The notes below the pieces were generated by a model. It saw nothing but the letters and a program-made list of their open reading frames with translations, was not told the DNA's origin and did not search any database. A stretch of 64,000 nucleotides of DNA from the IMG/VR virus record IMGVR_UViG_3300018424_000006, positions 155,820 to 219,819 of that record; one strand, given 5' to 3'. The position numbers and the translations under genes were made by a program. Below are positions 27,681 through 36,375 of this stretch, in pieces. Numbering within the stretch: the first letter of the stretch is position 1; every line of letters begins with the position of its first letter.

Positions 27681-28263
27681 CTGGTTTTCCTATATAGTCT
27701 TGTGTGCCAGCGATAAGAACTTTAGCTTCAAAACGAGCATCGTCAAGAGCATGATGCTTTCTTCCTTCAAAAGGAATTTTGTGAGTAAGCTTTTCGCCGT
27801 GTTTGTATACATACAATCTATTGACTGTTCTTAAGGATTCTTGATTCCAGAAGAACCATGGAATAGGCATACCGACATGAGTATAAGCATTGTTTAAGAT
27901 ACTACAATCAAACTCTGGACCATTCCCATATACAACAACACGACTAGCGTCTCCAAAATGCTTCATTAGAAAATCAGAGAACTCTCTAAGAGTATCTTTC
28001 AGTGTCAACCTTTCTTTTTCGCGGGTAAAGACCTCATCATAAGCTTCAGGAGAATCTTTCTTCTGCCTTCCCCAGAAACGTAATGTATCTTCGCAAGTAT
28101 CACGCTCACGATTGTGCAGACATTGATGCGCTACTCGTCGATAGAACGTCCCTACCTCTTCCCCTGTTATAGGGTTAACAATTACACAGCCTACGTTAGT
28201 AATAACTGCATTCTCTTTCTTAGAGAAAGTTTCGATATCGGCTACCGCCGCTAATTGATTCAT
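27658..28263 (-). CDS. DEDDh 3'-5' exonuclease (RNase AS/Rv2179c-like)
   Basis: VADIETF, YGNGPEFD and HHALDDA motifs; start moved to ATG 28263. Confidence 0.88.
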   Translation of the reverse strand: MNQLAAVADIETFSKKENAVITNVGCVIVNPITGEEVGTFYRRVAHQCLHNRERDTCEDTLRFWGRQKKDSPEAYDEVFTREKERLTLKDTLREFSDFLMKHFGDASRVVVYGNGPEFDCSILNNAYTHVGMPIPWFFWNQESLRTVNRLYVYKHGEKLTHKIPFEGRKHHALDDARFEAKVLIAGTQDYIGKPDGTARSA

Positions 28264-28298
28264 TTTAAAATCCAACAAAAAATAAACCCACTAGACAC

Positions 28299-28667
28299 CT
28301 AAGTGCCTAGTAGAGTTGTAACATAAGTAGTTAGGAGGATGATCGGAATAGCTACTTTCAGATAGCGCTTTCTAAAACTCCGTTCATCTTCAAGAGTTCT
28401 CCGGTCCAGACCATAACTACCGATACAGGCCATGAATAAACAAAGGATTCCTAAATGCCCTAGAAGTATTATGCCCGGCATGTTTCTTAGTACGTCGGTA
28501 ATATACTCTAGACTATTGGGCCCCGTAACAATCTTTATAATGAACACAGACATTGATAGTTGAAAGAGAGCGTGGAGTAACAGGAAGCCAAATACTCTTT
28601 TACGGTGACCAAATCCTATTCCAAGCATAAGTTGGAATAGGATTATCGTGGAAAGGTAAGCTACCAT
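28299..28667 (-). CDS. Small membrane protein
   Basis: 122 aa with three to four hydrophobic segments. Confidence 0.65.
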   Translation of the reverse strand: MVAYLSTIILFQLMLGIGFGHRKRVFGFLLLHALFQLSMSVFIIKIVTGPNSLEYITDVLRNMPGIILLGHLGILCLFMACIGSYGLDRRTLEDERSFRKRYLKVAIPIILLTTYVTTLLGT

Positions 28668-29086
28668 TAAACTTGCATCACTGCGATAAGAACGACGATA
28701 ATAACGCGGATAGCCAAAGTCTCAATAAGCGGAATTATAAAATCTTTGTACTCGCGTAGATCATCTTTCATGTTGCGCGCTTTGATTAATATGGAATAGA
28801 CAACGTCAAGTAGAACACTAATAATTAAAAGTGCGGCTACTTCGCCCAGCGCACTAGTCGCACTAAGATTAGCTAAAGCGGTAATCGCACCGCCGATCAA
28901 TAACGTATAGCCGTGATCACGAATATTTGAATAGCCTAAGCGACGGACGAAGTTTTCATTTTTTGTATCAACAACTTGATCGACATACGCTTTCGTATAA
29001 GCACGATAAAGGCTAGAACGCGTCTTAGTAAAAGTCCAGACCATAACCGCTAGTAGAAATAGCGAAATAGCGAAATTAGTTTCCAT
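28667..29086 (-). CDS. Small membrane protein
   Basis: Start moved to ATG 29086 (AAAGGA RBS); four hydrophobic segments. Confidence 0.7.
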   Translation of the reverse strand: METNFAISLFLLAVMVWTFTKTRSSLYRAYTKAYVDQVVDTKNENFVRRLGYSNIRDHGYTLLIGGAITALANLSATSALGEVAALLIISVLLDVVYSILIKARNMKDDLREYKDFIIPLIETLAIRVIIVVLIAVMQV

Positions 29087-29202
29087 GATTATTTTCCTTT
29101 TGGTTGGGATAATTGAGTTATACAGGCTATAAGAAAAATAAATAAAAAAAGAAAGAGGGTACTCTCTCCCACAGGGGGAGAGAGCTGGGTGCATTGACAG
29201 GG

Positions 29203-29607
29203 CTAGGCTAACTCTTCTTCCGTGAGAGTCATGTCTGCTGCCATACGACGAATAGTATCGAAGTTAGGCATCGCTGTTACCAACGAAGTCTTAACATCGA
29301 TATTGTCGCCGTCTTTTGAAGCGTAGATGTCACTGGTAACGTGATCAGTGAAACGCACAGTAGTAACTACTTCATGCATATCACTATTGATTACGCCAGC
29401 ACCTACTTCAGCTGTTGCGAGGGTCGCAGCTTCAGTAAAGTTCTGAGTGAACTCCATTGCTTCGTTATATTGTTCAGGTGTCAGCGTTGCAGGTAACATA
29501 CCTTGTACAACATCTTGTCCGATGTTGGCAATGCCGTTCTGATCAAAATTAATTTCGTCTTTAATTTGAGCGCTAAGTGCAGTCAAACTAGTTGGTAGTG
29601 TAGACAT
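29203..29607 (-). CDS. Hypothetical protein
   Basis: 134 aa, AGGAGAA RBS, acidic. Confidence 0.75.
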   Translation of the reverse strand: MSTLPTSLTALSAQIKDEINFDQNGIANIGQDVVQGMLPATLTPEQYNEAMEFTQNFTEAATLATAEVGAGVINSDMHEVVTTVRFTDHVTSDIYASKDGDNIDVKTSLVTAMPNFDTIRRMAADMTLTEEELA

Positions 29608-29716
29608 TATTTCTCCTTAATGTCAATGGGTTTTACACTCGACTAAATGCCGAGATGTTCTTTTGCCTTTTCTTCAATAAAGCTTTCGAAAGCATTACGA
29701 AGATCAGGCTTAAGTC

Positions 29717-30106
29717 TTATGCCATATACAAAACGACAGATGGTAAAACGAATACATAGCCCAATGTCATCGGGCCCATGTTACCGCCTAGCGAATTACG
29801 AATACTGACTCGAGACTTCTTATTTGTATAAAGCACGAAAGCTAAAACATGAAGAAAGATCTCGATGAACAAGACAGAGAAGATGGTTTCCAAATGCTCA
29901 GTGATCGGTTCTTGGCTAATGCTAATTAAGAACAAAACAATTAAAGAGCCCGAGGCAAATCCGAAAATTCGACGAACTTTATTTATGCGCCTTTGTTCTG
30001 CAGGTGTATAGGGTTTGGAAATAGCCCCTACTTCTGTCTTATAAATTAGATACTGCATAATAAATATAAGTGCATAAGCAGTACCGATTAGTAAAAAAAG
30101 TTCCAT
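29717..30106 (-). CDS. Small membrane protein
   Basis: Start moved to ATG 30106; three to four hydrophobic segments; downstream of an early promoter. Confidence 0.65.
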   Translation of the reverse strand: MELFLLIGTAYALIFIMQYLIYKTEVGAISKPYTPAEQRRINKVRRIFGFASGSLIVLFLISISQEPITEHLETIFSVLFIEIFLHVLAFVLYTNKKSRVSIRNSLGGNMGPMTLGYVFVLPSVVLYMA

Positions 30107-30166
30107 AGTTTTATCCCCCAAAACTTATAGTAGTTTAATAGAGATTATATATCTCTACTCATTAAA

Positions 30167-30179
30167 ATAATATAGAATT
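30167..30179 (-). promoter_or_regulatory. Early promoter variant (TATATTAT)
   Basis: AATTCTATATTAT on the minus strand with the same upstream TTGTCTAG element as other copies. Confidence 0.65.
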
Positions 30180-30204
30180 GTAATTTCCTAGACAACGGCA
30201 TAGT

Positions 30205-30233
30205 AAGGACTACTACCAAACGGTAGTAGTCCT
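30205..30233 (-). terminator. Rho-independent terminator
   Basis: AAGGACTACTACC-aaac-GGTAGTAGTCCTT 13-bp stem. Confidence 0.75.
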
Positions 30234-30242
30234 TTAAAATCT

Positions 30243-30560
30243 CTAAAAATAAGAGAGAATAAATCCTAGAAGAAATGTTAATGCAAATGTAAGCAAGAAA
30301 ATATAAGATTTATACTTCTTAGCTTTCTTTGAAATATATTCCATAGAAACGTTTCTACGTTCACTAACGGAATAGAATACAAGACCGTATGAAACGTTCA
30401 GGCTAATATTTATCCGATTAAAGATAATCACCAGCTTTCTAGTCCAGCCTTTACTTGTAAACTTATTAGACACAAACTTAGCTATTAGTAATGATAGTAA
30501 GAACCACACTATAATAGCTATTCCCATAGCAGCGCTATATAAGAGCCTCTCTTCAACCAT
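30243..30560 (-). CDS. Small membrane protein
   Basis: 105 aa; hydrophobic N- and C-terminal segments with basic linkers. Confidence 0.65.
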   Translation of the reverse strand: MVEERLLYSAAMGIAIIVWFLLSLLIAKFVSNKFTSKGWTRKLVIIFNRINISLNVSYGLVFYSVSERRNVSMEYISKKAKKYKSYIFLLTFALTFLLGFILSYF

Positions 30561-30597
30561 TTCCCCTTTTACTCCCTCTTTTATTTATTCTTAAAGA

Positions 30598-31359
30598 TTA
30601 CCAATCCATAGAACTTGGCTTAATAAGCTGGGTCTTAGACCAGCCTAAATCATCACGAATCATCGTGGTGGTTACCAATGGATTACTTTCCAGACCAGCG
30701 CCATCAATCAATACAGCTTGCTCGGCCATATTTAAAAGCTCTGGAGTTACTTCAAAGCTATAAGCAGATTCCAAACCAGCAGAGTCGTATTTGTTAGCGA
30801 TTAGAATACCGCCATCATTAACATTATCCCAAGTAATTAATTCACGTACCTCGCGAACCAGACGGCCATTTACTGGACGCTCGCCACAGATAGTACGAAC
30901 AGAGAAGCAAACGTTCTCTTCTTTATTACTTAGTTGATCAAGAAGTACATCACGCTTAACGCCTGATGGACGAACACTTGCTTCAACTAGAATAATATCA
31001 CGACCTTCATGGTCTTTAGCTGCAGTAGCAGTAACGTCTTTAAAGTGGCAGATGGTATTGCGACCATCGATCATACGAAGACGGTTAAAGTACTGAGCCA
31101 TATTTTGACCCGGGGTCATTTGGGGATGCTCAACTTCTCCACGAAGACGTCCAGCGCTAATGCGCTGTTGTAAGAGAGAGCCCTGAGAGAACATATTCTT
31201 CAAATAGTTATTGAAGGTATAGAAAGTCCCGTGAGCATTATAGGCTTCAAAAGCACCTAAGTTAACTCGGTAGTAACCGTCAGCATCCGCTTTCAGTTTA
31301 CCTACCTTATTAGTGCCATTTAAAACCGTTCTTTCGAATTTCATTTTTTGATCGGCCAT
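30598..31359 (-). CDS. Prohead (head maturation) serine protease, phiKZ gp175-like
   Basis: RGEVEHP, CFSVR and TWDNVNDGG motifs; synteny upstream of the vRNAP genes. Confidence 0.85.
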   Translation of the reverse strand: MADQKMKFERTVLNGTNKVGKLKADADGYYRVNLGAFEAYNAHGTFYTFNNYLKNMFSQGSLLQQRISAGRLRGEVEHPQMTPGQNMAQYFNRLRMIDGRNTICHFKDVTATAAKDHEGRDIILVEASVRPSGVKRDVLLDQLSNKEENVCFSVRTICGERPVNGRLVREVRELITWDNVNDGGILIANKYDSAGLESAYSFEVTPELLNMAEQAVLIDGAGLESNPLVTTTMIRDDLGWSKTQLIKPSSMDW

Positions 31360-31361
31360 AA

Positions 31362-32084
31362 TTATTTCCTTAATAGCTCTTCAATTTCTTCGGTTTGTTT
31401 GGCAGGGTTAAGCAGCGAGGAATTAATACCCTCACTTAAATACGCGCCAGTAAGGCGAGCCGTGGTGTTGGTTGCACCATATGACACAGAGCGCAATGGG
31501 ATAACGTCTGTTGGCATATTTATCAAATCATCTTGAGTCTTATATACTTCACGAGCATAACGAGACCGGTCACCCGGAATACGAACGCGAGAAGCAGTAA
31601 AGATCTGAAGAATGGCAGGAGCAGAATGTAAGTTCGCGCCAGCATGTTTAACGGAACTATCAAACAACGTACCTAGATCGACAGGTGTTAGATACCACGG
31701 AGTTTTCCCTTTAGCTACGATTTCATCGTAAACAGCGTATGCCATTTTATCATTAACCACCAAGTTCCGGTTTGGGCATACTACCGATCCAGCTTCCCAA
31801 GATAGTTCAGCATACGGAGTTCCGTCGATAGTAACAACATTGGTTTCGTCAGGAGTAAATGGCATGACGGCTAAGGCAGATGAAACGCCATAACTATCAC
31901 CCATCACTACCGCAAAGATGGCGATGGTATTAAAGCGTTCATCAACACTACCTAACTGTGAGTCTAGGTAGTGTTTAGGGAAAAGTACCTTACAAGGAAC
32001 CTTAGTGACAATCTGCCCGCCTTTCTGATTAACCCAGTTGCGGTGAATGACGTCGGGTGCTCGCTTCAAATTTGAGATATCCAC
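31362..32084 (-). CDS. Virion protein, phiKZ gp176-like
   Basis: 240 aa; G.IPWY and TT.RL.GAY motifs; synteny. Confidence 0.7.
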   Translation of the reverse strand: MDISNLKRAPDVIHRNWVNQKGGQIVTKVPCKVLFPKHYLDSQLGSVDERFNTIAIFAVVMGDSYGVSSALAVMPFTPDETNVVTIDGTPYAELSWEAGSVVCPNRNLVVNDKMAYAVYDEIVAKGKTPWYLTPVDLGTLFDSSVKHAGANLHSAPAILQIFTASRVRIPGDRSRYAREVYKTQDDLINMPTDVIPLRSVSYGATNTTARLTGAYLSEGINSSLLNPAKQTEEIEELLRK

Positions 32085-32103
32085 GAAAGGTTCCTCCTAA
32101 AGA

Positions 32104-33528
32104 TTAAAATGCTTCGCAAGAAAGCTGATCAGCAATCCAATTAGCAACTAGATCACATACTGCTAAACAAGCAGCATCGCTAGGAGATAGTTCAGGATTG
32201 TCGGCTAGCTCGGAATCAATCTGAACAAGAATAGCTTTAGCGTCAGTACCTTCAGCCAATACATCACAAACTAGGTTGCGAATAAAGGCATGTAGGTCTT
32301 CGCCGATAACAAACTTGTTAGTAGCCATCAGCTTGTTAAGCTTCAAGTTAAATTCGGCTTTAACGTCATCCTCAAAATCAAATTCGCTGATCTTTTCGGA
32401 AAGACCACGAACAAGATATTTGTTGATAGCGACATTAGCTTCAGCTTTGCGCTTAATAAGCTTCATTGCTTCACGGCTCTTCCAGAAAGCAACTAGACCA
32501 TCGATGTCTTCAGTCAATGCAGAAATTGGACGCTTAGATTCTAAGAACGCTAGGTAAACTTCAGCAGAAGCGCCATCGTTGTCCTTGATCCACTTACGGT
32601 AAGGCTTAGAGCGAACGGCTTGTTCATATTCAGTACTTAGAGTTGGAATGCCGAAACCTTCCATGTTCTCAAGCAGAGAAAGATGCGTACGCTGAGTCTC
32701 AAGGATATAAGCGAAGTGATTACGTAGCTGAGCTAAACGACCACGAATATCGTGAGATTGCTCATCGATATTAACACCTTCAGCACGGCCATTTAAAACG
32801 CCGTTTAGGAACAAGAAGATTAGAAGCGGACCATATTCAGTATAGGGGTTCGATTTAGAACCAATACCAAACTTATATTCTCCGTTAAGTACAGAGAAAG
32901 CAGAATCTGCTAAATAACTAAAAGTGCTTGACTCTTCAACCATTTCTAGAATTTGCTTATCAATAGCAGGTAAGCCTGTAGAAAGAACAGACTTAAGTTC
33001 ATCAATAGAAAGAGTACTGAAGATATCCAAGCCATTCATGTTTGGACGACTTGCCTTCACCTGAGAATAGTTGCTTACCAACGTATCAAAGATGTTACCT
33101 TCAAAGAAAGCAGGAACTTCATATAGACGAACCATGTTATCTGCGAAGTCAGAACCAATTGCCTTTTCACGAATGATAGAGGCTTCTTTATTAAGTTCAC
33201 GAATAACGGGATTGATTTCTTTACGAGCGAAAAGGATATTGGCAGAAGCCATTTGGATAAGCTTTTCTGTTAATGCATTCATCTCGCTATTGTGAATCTC
33301 AACGCCGCCAGCATTTTTAGCAAAGCCTAGCTTTTGCATGGCTGCTTCTTCGGCAGTTAGAGCACCATCTACCGGAGTTGGAGAATCAATATACATATCT
33401 GCTGGTAATGCGGTATAACCAACTAAAGCAGATAATGGACTTTCTGGCTTAACGGATACTTCCTTACCAGAATAAGTTAGGTCGTCAACAAGAGGACGTA
33501 CTGCGATTAATGCGTCACGATTAAGCAT
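32104..33528 (-). CDS. Virion protein, phiKZ gp177-like
   Basis: 474 aa; V.PESPL..LV and WIADQL patterns; synteny. Confidence 0.7.
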   Translation of the reverse strand: MLNRDALIAVRPLVDDLTYSGKEVSVKPESPLSALVGYTALPADMYIDSPTPVDGALTAEEAAMQKLGFAKNAGGVEIHNSEMNALTEKLIQMASANILFARKEINPVIRELNKEASIIREKAIGSDFADNMVRLYEVPAFFEGNIFDTLVSNYSQVKASRPNMNGLDIFSTLSIDELKSVLSTGLPAIDKQILEMVEESSTFSYLADSAFSVLNGEYKFGIGSKSNPYTEYGPLLIFLFLNGVLNGRAEGVNIDEQSHDIRGRLAQLRNHFAYILETQRTHLSLLENMEGFGIPTLSTEYEQAVRSKPYRKWIKDNDGASAEVYLAFLESKRPISALTEDIDGLVAFWKSREAMKLIKRKAEANVAINKYLVRGLSEKISEFDFEDDVKAEFNLKLNKLMATNKFVIGEDLHAFIRNLVCDVLAEGTDAKAILVQIDSELADNPELSPSDAACLAVCDLVANWIADQLSCEAF

Positions 33529-33718
33529 TACGTTTCTCCTCTAGGTAACCACTTACTTTTGTAGAAATGATCTCAGAAAGATCTAAAGAGGCAGACTTAC
33601 CCAACTCTTTTCCTACCATACCCTGCACAGTACGAACGCCGACTGTAACGGCGTTCGCTAGCGCATTACGGGTTTGCTTAGCGGCGTCCCGCTTAGCTAC
33701 TTCCGATGCTGTTTTCAT
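33521..33718 (-). CDS. Small hypothetical protein
   Basis: 65 aa with a strong AAGGAG RBS overlapping the vRNAP stop; overlaps the next start. Confidence 0.6.
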   Translation of the reverse strand: MKTASEVAKRDAAKQTRNALANAVTVGVRTVQGMVGKELGKSASLDLSEIISTKVSGYLEEKRNA

Positions 33719-33721
33719 TGT

Positions 33722-34843
33722 TTACTCCTTAAAGTACTTTTCAGAGGCTTGTCGTGAAATCTCCATAAGTACCGCATTAACAATACCCATTATTTCAGCC
33801 GACAAAACGATACGATCCATGACGGATCGCCAACCAAAGATCATATCTATACTATCACCTTCTAGAGTCTCGTTGGTACCAGTAAGGATGCCGCCAAACA
33901 CAGTTTTTAACTGACTTGCCAAAACACCCTTATCCCCAATACCTACCCCTAGGTCTTGATCGATAAATATTTCAATTGCTACTTGACCCGGCTCCACTTT
34001 GTTGCCGGATACATAAACATTTTTATCTACATAACCACTAGTGGCCATGCCGCTACTCGTCGCTTTAACGTGTTGTGCGCGACGGCGGTCTCCCGCTTCT
34101 ACAATCTTCTTAACTGACTCAGACATGTTCTCTTTCTTAGAGCGATAAAGAACTTGTATGTCGGATACCTTACCCACAATTTTAGCTTTAGGGGCATGGT
34201 TAGAAAACTTACTTAACGCAGCTAATGCTTGTTCGTCAATAGAGTCTAAAGAAACACTACCGTCTTGGATAATACATAAAGGACTATCTAGATCAGTCTC
34301 GTCCCCAATCTTGACCATATTTAGAACATGGTCATCTTCATCAACAACAATAACTTTGCGTTTAGTATAAGCAGAACCTAGTTTCTCAGCTAAAGCAGCA
34401 CTAATCAAAGAACTATCTTCTAAGGTTCCATTACCTTCCATGAAAGCAACATTGGCAATCGCCCCAACCTTAAATGTAACGTTCTTTGGATTTAACCAAT
34501 CACGTTCGAAGTAGTCCTTGTTCCATGCAACGATATCGCCTTCTTTAACTTTGTCTCCAACTTTAAAGTCGGTAATAATTTCCTGAGGAATAGTTAAACC
34601 GCCTTGGATACCATGGTTAGTCCCAATCTTAACACCGGATGTTGAACCGTCTTTATTTTTGATGTAGACATATTCGTCAGTAATCTTTTCAATTACCCCA
34701 TCCATCTTAGCAGTATATGCAAACTCATCTGCTGTACGCGCACCAATCACCTGTTCATAACCAGTACGAAGAGGCATGGATTGATAACCCTTAGCATGAA
34801 CCATAGCAGACATCTGTACGTTCAATAAATTGGCTCTTTTTCC
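33722..34843 (-). CDS. Virion RNA polymerase beta subunit (gp178-like), exon 2
   Basis: In-frame GKRANLLNVQMSA continues exon 1 HDD, matching RpoB HDDANRALMGANMQ; also contains EDS and GDK...QLKT beta motifs. Confidence 0.88.
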   Translation of the reverse strand, partial: GKRANLLNVQMSAMVHAKGYQSMPLRTGYEQVIGARTADEFAYTAKMDGVIEKITDEYVYIKNKDGSTSGVKIGTNHGIQGGLTIPQEIITDFKVGDKVKEGDIVAWNKDYFERDWLNPKNVTFKVGAIANVAFMEGNGTLEDSSLISAALAEKLGSAYTKRKVIVVDEDDHVLNMVKIGDETDLDSPLCIIQDGSVSLDSIDEQALAALSKFSNHAPKAKIVGKVSDIQVLYRSKKENMSESVKKIVEAGDRRRAQHVKATSSGMATSGYVDKNVYVSGNKVEPGQVAIEIFIDQDLGVGIGDKGVLASQLKTVFGGILTGTNETLEGDSIDMIFGWRSVMDRIVLSAEIMGIVNAVLMEISRQASEKYFKE

Positions 34844-36375
34844 TGTTGGTATTAACTAGGTGTCGTTAGTACCTAGCCAGCAGTAATCTGCTGCTGCATG
34901 TCGCCATGCAGACTAGACCATATCTTCACCTCCAGCTTTACCTGCTGAGGTGCTCTCCGTTTCGAGTCCACTTGGACCCTACACCGTGATAAGCGGTTGG
35001 TCGTTGAACCTTGATCTTAGTCTTTCTAGACCTTAGACCCTTGGCTGCTGATTGTCTCTCACTTTACTTTTTCAAACATTCACGCTCACCGTTTCCAGTC
35101 ACGTTGTAGTAGTAAGCTTCTGAGTAGACCGGGTATGCAATTTATTAAAAATACCCGGCCCAGTTAAGCCATAACAACTTAACAGTTTCCAGCAATTAGA
35201 AGAGATTCTGACTAATCATTTCTGAATTAGCAGGACAGAATCAGTTTTAATTTCTTTGTAAATATCAGAATAGTTGTAGAACTTAAAGCCCTTCTTACGA
35301 GTTTTACCGGGACATTTGTTTATCCAGTAAGACATGGTTGTTTTACCAACCTCGAAGCTTCTAGCCGCATCAGCTAGTCTGATATAAATCCTCTCTTCAC
35401 CAGTCTCATCATTCTTGCAATAGATAGCACTATAGCCAGAACTCTTTTCGTAGTTAAGAACTGGATCATCCACAGTCTCCCATGGAGTTCCATCATCCAT
35501 CTTCAGCAAGTACAGGTTACCTTTAACAGCGAAGACTTCGAATGGATTATTTTTAATCCTAGTTGTAATGTTACTTTCCGGTAAGTCAATGGCACGTGCC
35601 GCTTCCCGGAAAGAACCATAACGCTCTATAGACCCCTTACAGTAGTCTTTTACCAGTATGGGTATCGATCTACCATAATTCTGCATTTCAAGCCGTAGTG
35701 CTTCATTAGAGGCCTTTTTCCATGGCGTTGTCGAAGTCCCGGACTTGTATAGCTTCCCTTCAGGAAAGATTTTCTGTCCGTCGCTACCTATGCGCTTCAG
35801 TAACTCGCCGCTACTCAATCCAAGTGTCTCCATTGCAATGGAGCGAAGAGGAAACTCTTCTATTTCTCCAGTGAATGGATCATAACTTATTAGAGGTGAG
35901 CGTGTACGCTTAAGTCCTGTGTCGACTGAATGTCTTACGTTCTCTTTAGCTGTACACCATTCAAGATTCTCTGCCGAATTGTCCTTAGGTAAACCATTTT
36001 TATGATTTACTTGTAAAGACTCCTTATTTGGAGTTTCTGGATAAAAGGCGGCTGCTGCTAATCGATGAAGAGCTACATGTACCTTCTTTCCGCTATCGTC
36101 AATAAAGCGGGTAGTAATGTAGCCTCTATCGTTAGGACTGACTTCCAGTAGACGACCGGTTTCTTTTACCTTAAATCTACCTTTGGCATTTACGCAATAA
36201 CGGCTAAAGTTAGGGATTTCGAAGAAGGTCTCGTCGCCCTCAACTGGTTTTGGATTAAAAATATTTCTCATTGTAATATACCTAATACTGATACATACAA
36301 TAAGATGACCTAAAATACTAACTGTACAAATTATAGATTAGGTCGCCAAAGAAATTATGAAACTAATTTTAGTTT
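34844..36375 (-). mobile_element. Group I self-splicing intron (IA2-like) with homing endonuclease ORF
   Basis: P1 GAUGAU/GUCAUC with a terminal U-G pair; P3 CUCUUC (35199-35204)/GGAGAG (34953-34958); P4 UGCUG (35190-35194)/CAGCA (35046-35050); P7 GACCA (34998-35002)/UGGUC (34916-34920); R element GUUCAACGACC, S element AAGAUAUGGUC; P9 hairpins. Confidence 0.92.
35216..36271 (-). CDS. Intron-encoded NUMOD4-HNH homing endonuclease
   Basis: NUMOD4 (IPNFSRYCVN..G), HRLAA..F, VNHKNG..DN..ENLEWCT..EN..H, and C-terminal NUMOD1-like helices (SFREAARAI, LADAARSF). Confidence 0.93.
   Translation of the reverse strand: MRNIFNPKPVEGDETFFEIPNFSRYCVNAKGRFKVKETGRLLEVSPNDRGYITTRFIDDSGKKVHVALHRLAAAAFYPETPNKESLQVNHKNGLPKDNSAENLEWCTAKENVRHSVDTGLKRTRSPLISYDPFTGEIEEFPLRSIAMETLGLSSGELLKRIGSDGQKIFPEGKLYKSGTSTTPWKKASNEALRLEMQNYGRSIPILVKDYCKGSIERYGSFREAARAIDLPESNITTRIKNNPFEVFAVKGNLYLLKMDDGTPWETVDDPVLNYEKSSGYSAIYCKNDETGEERIYIRLADAARSFEVGKTTMSYWINKCPGKTRKKGFKFYNYSDIYKEIKTDSVLLIQK

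Noticed and set aside
29632-29780. Alternative-frame C-terminus (GPDDIGLCIRF...EEKAKEHLGI) overlapping the end of the 29717 membrane gene
   Set aside because: It reads like protein but has no start codon and no canonical slippery heptamer; cannot be told from chance without homologs or reads.
36273-36280. TATATTAC immediately upstream of the HNH ATG
   Set aside because: It lies only 1 nt before the start codon, so a transcript starting a few nt downstream would miss the AUG; it also lacks the AATTC extension.
36355-36375. C-terminal KLKLVS of the 941-aa ORF in the track
   Set aside because: It is read-through into intron sequence; the real protein continues in exon 2.
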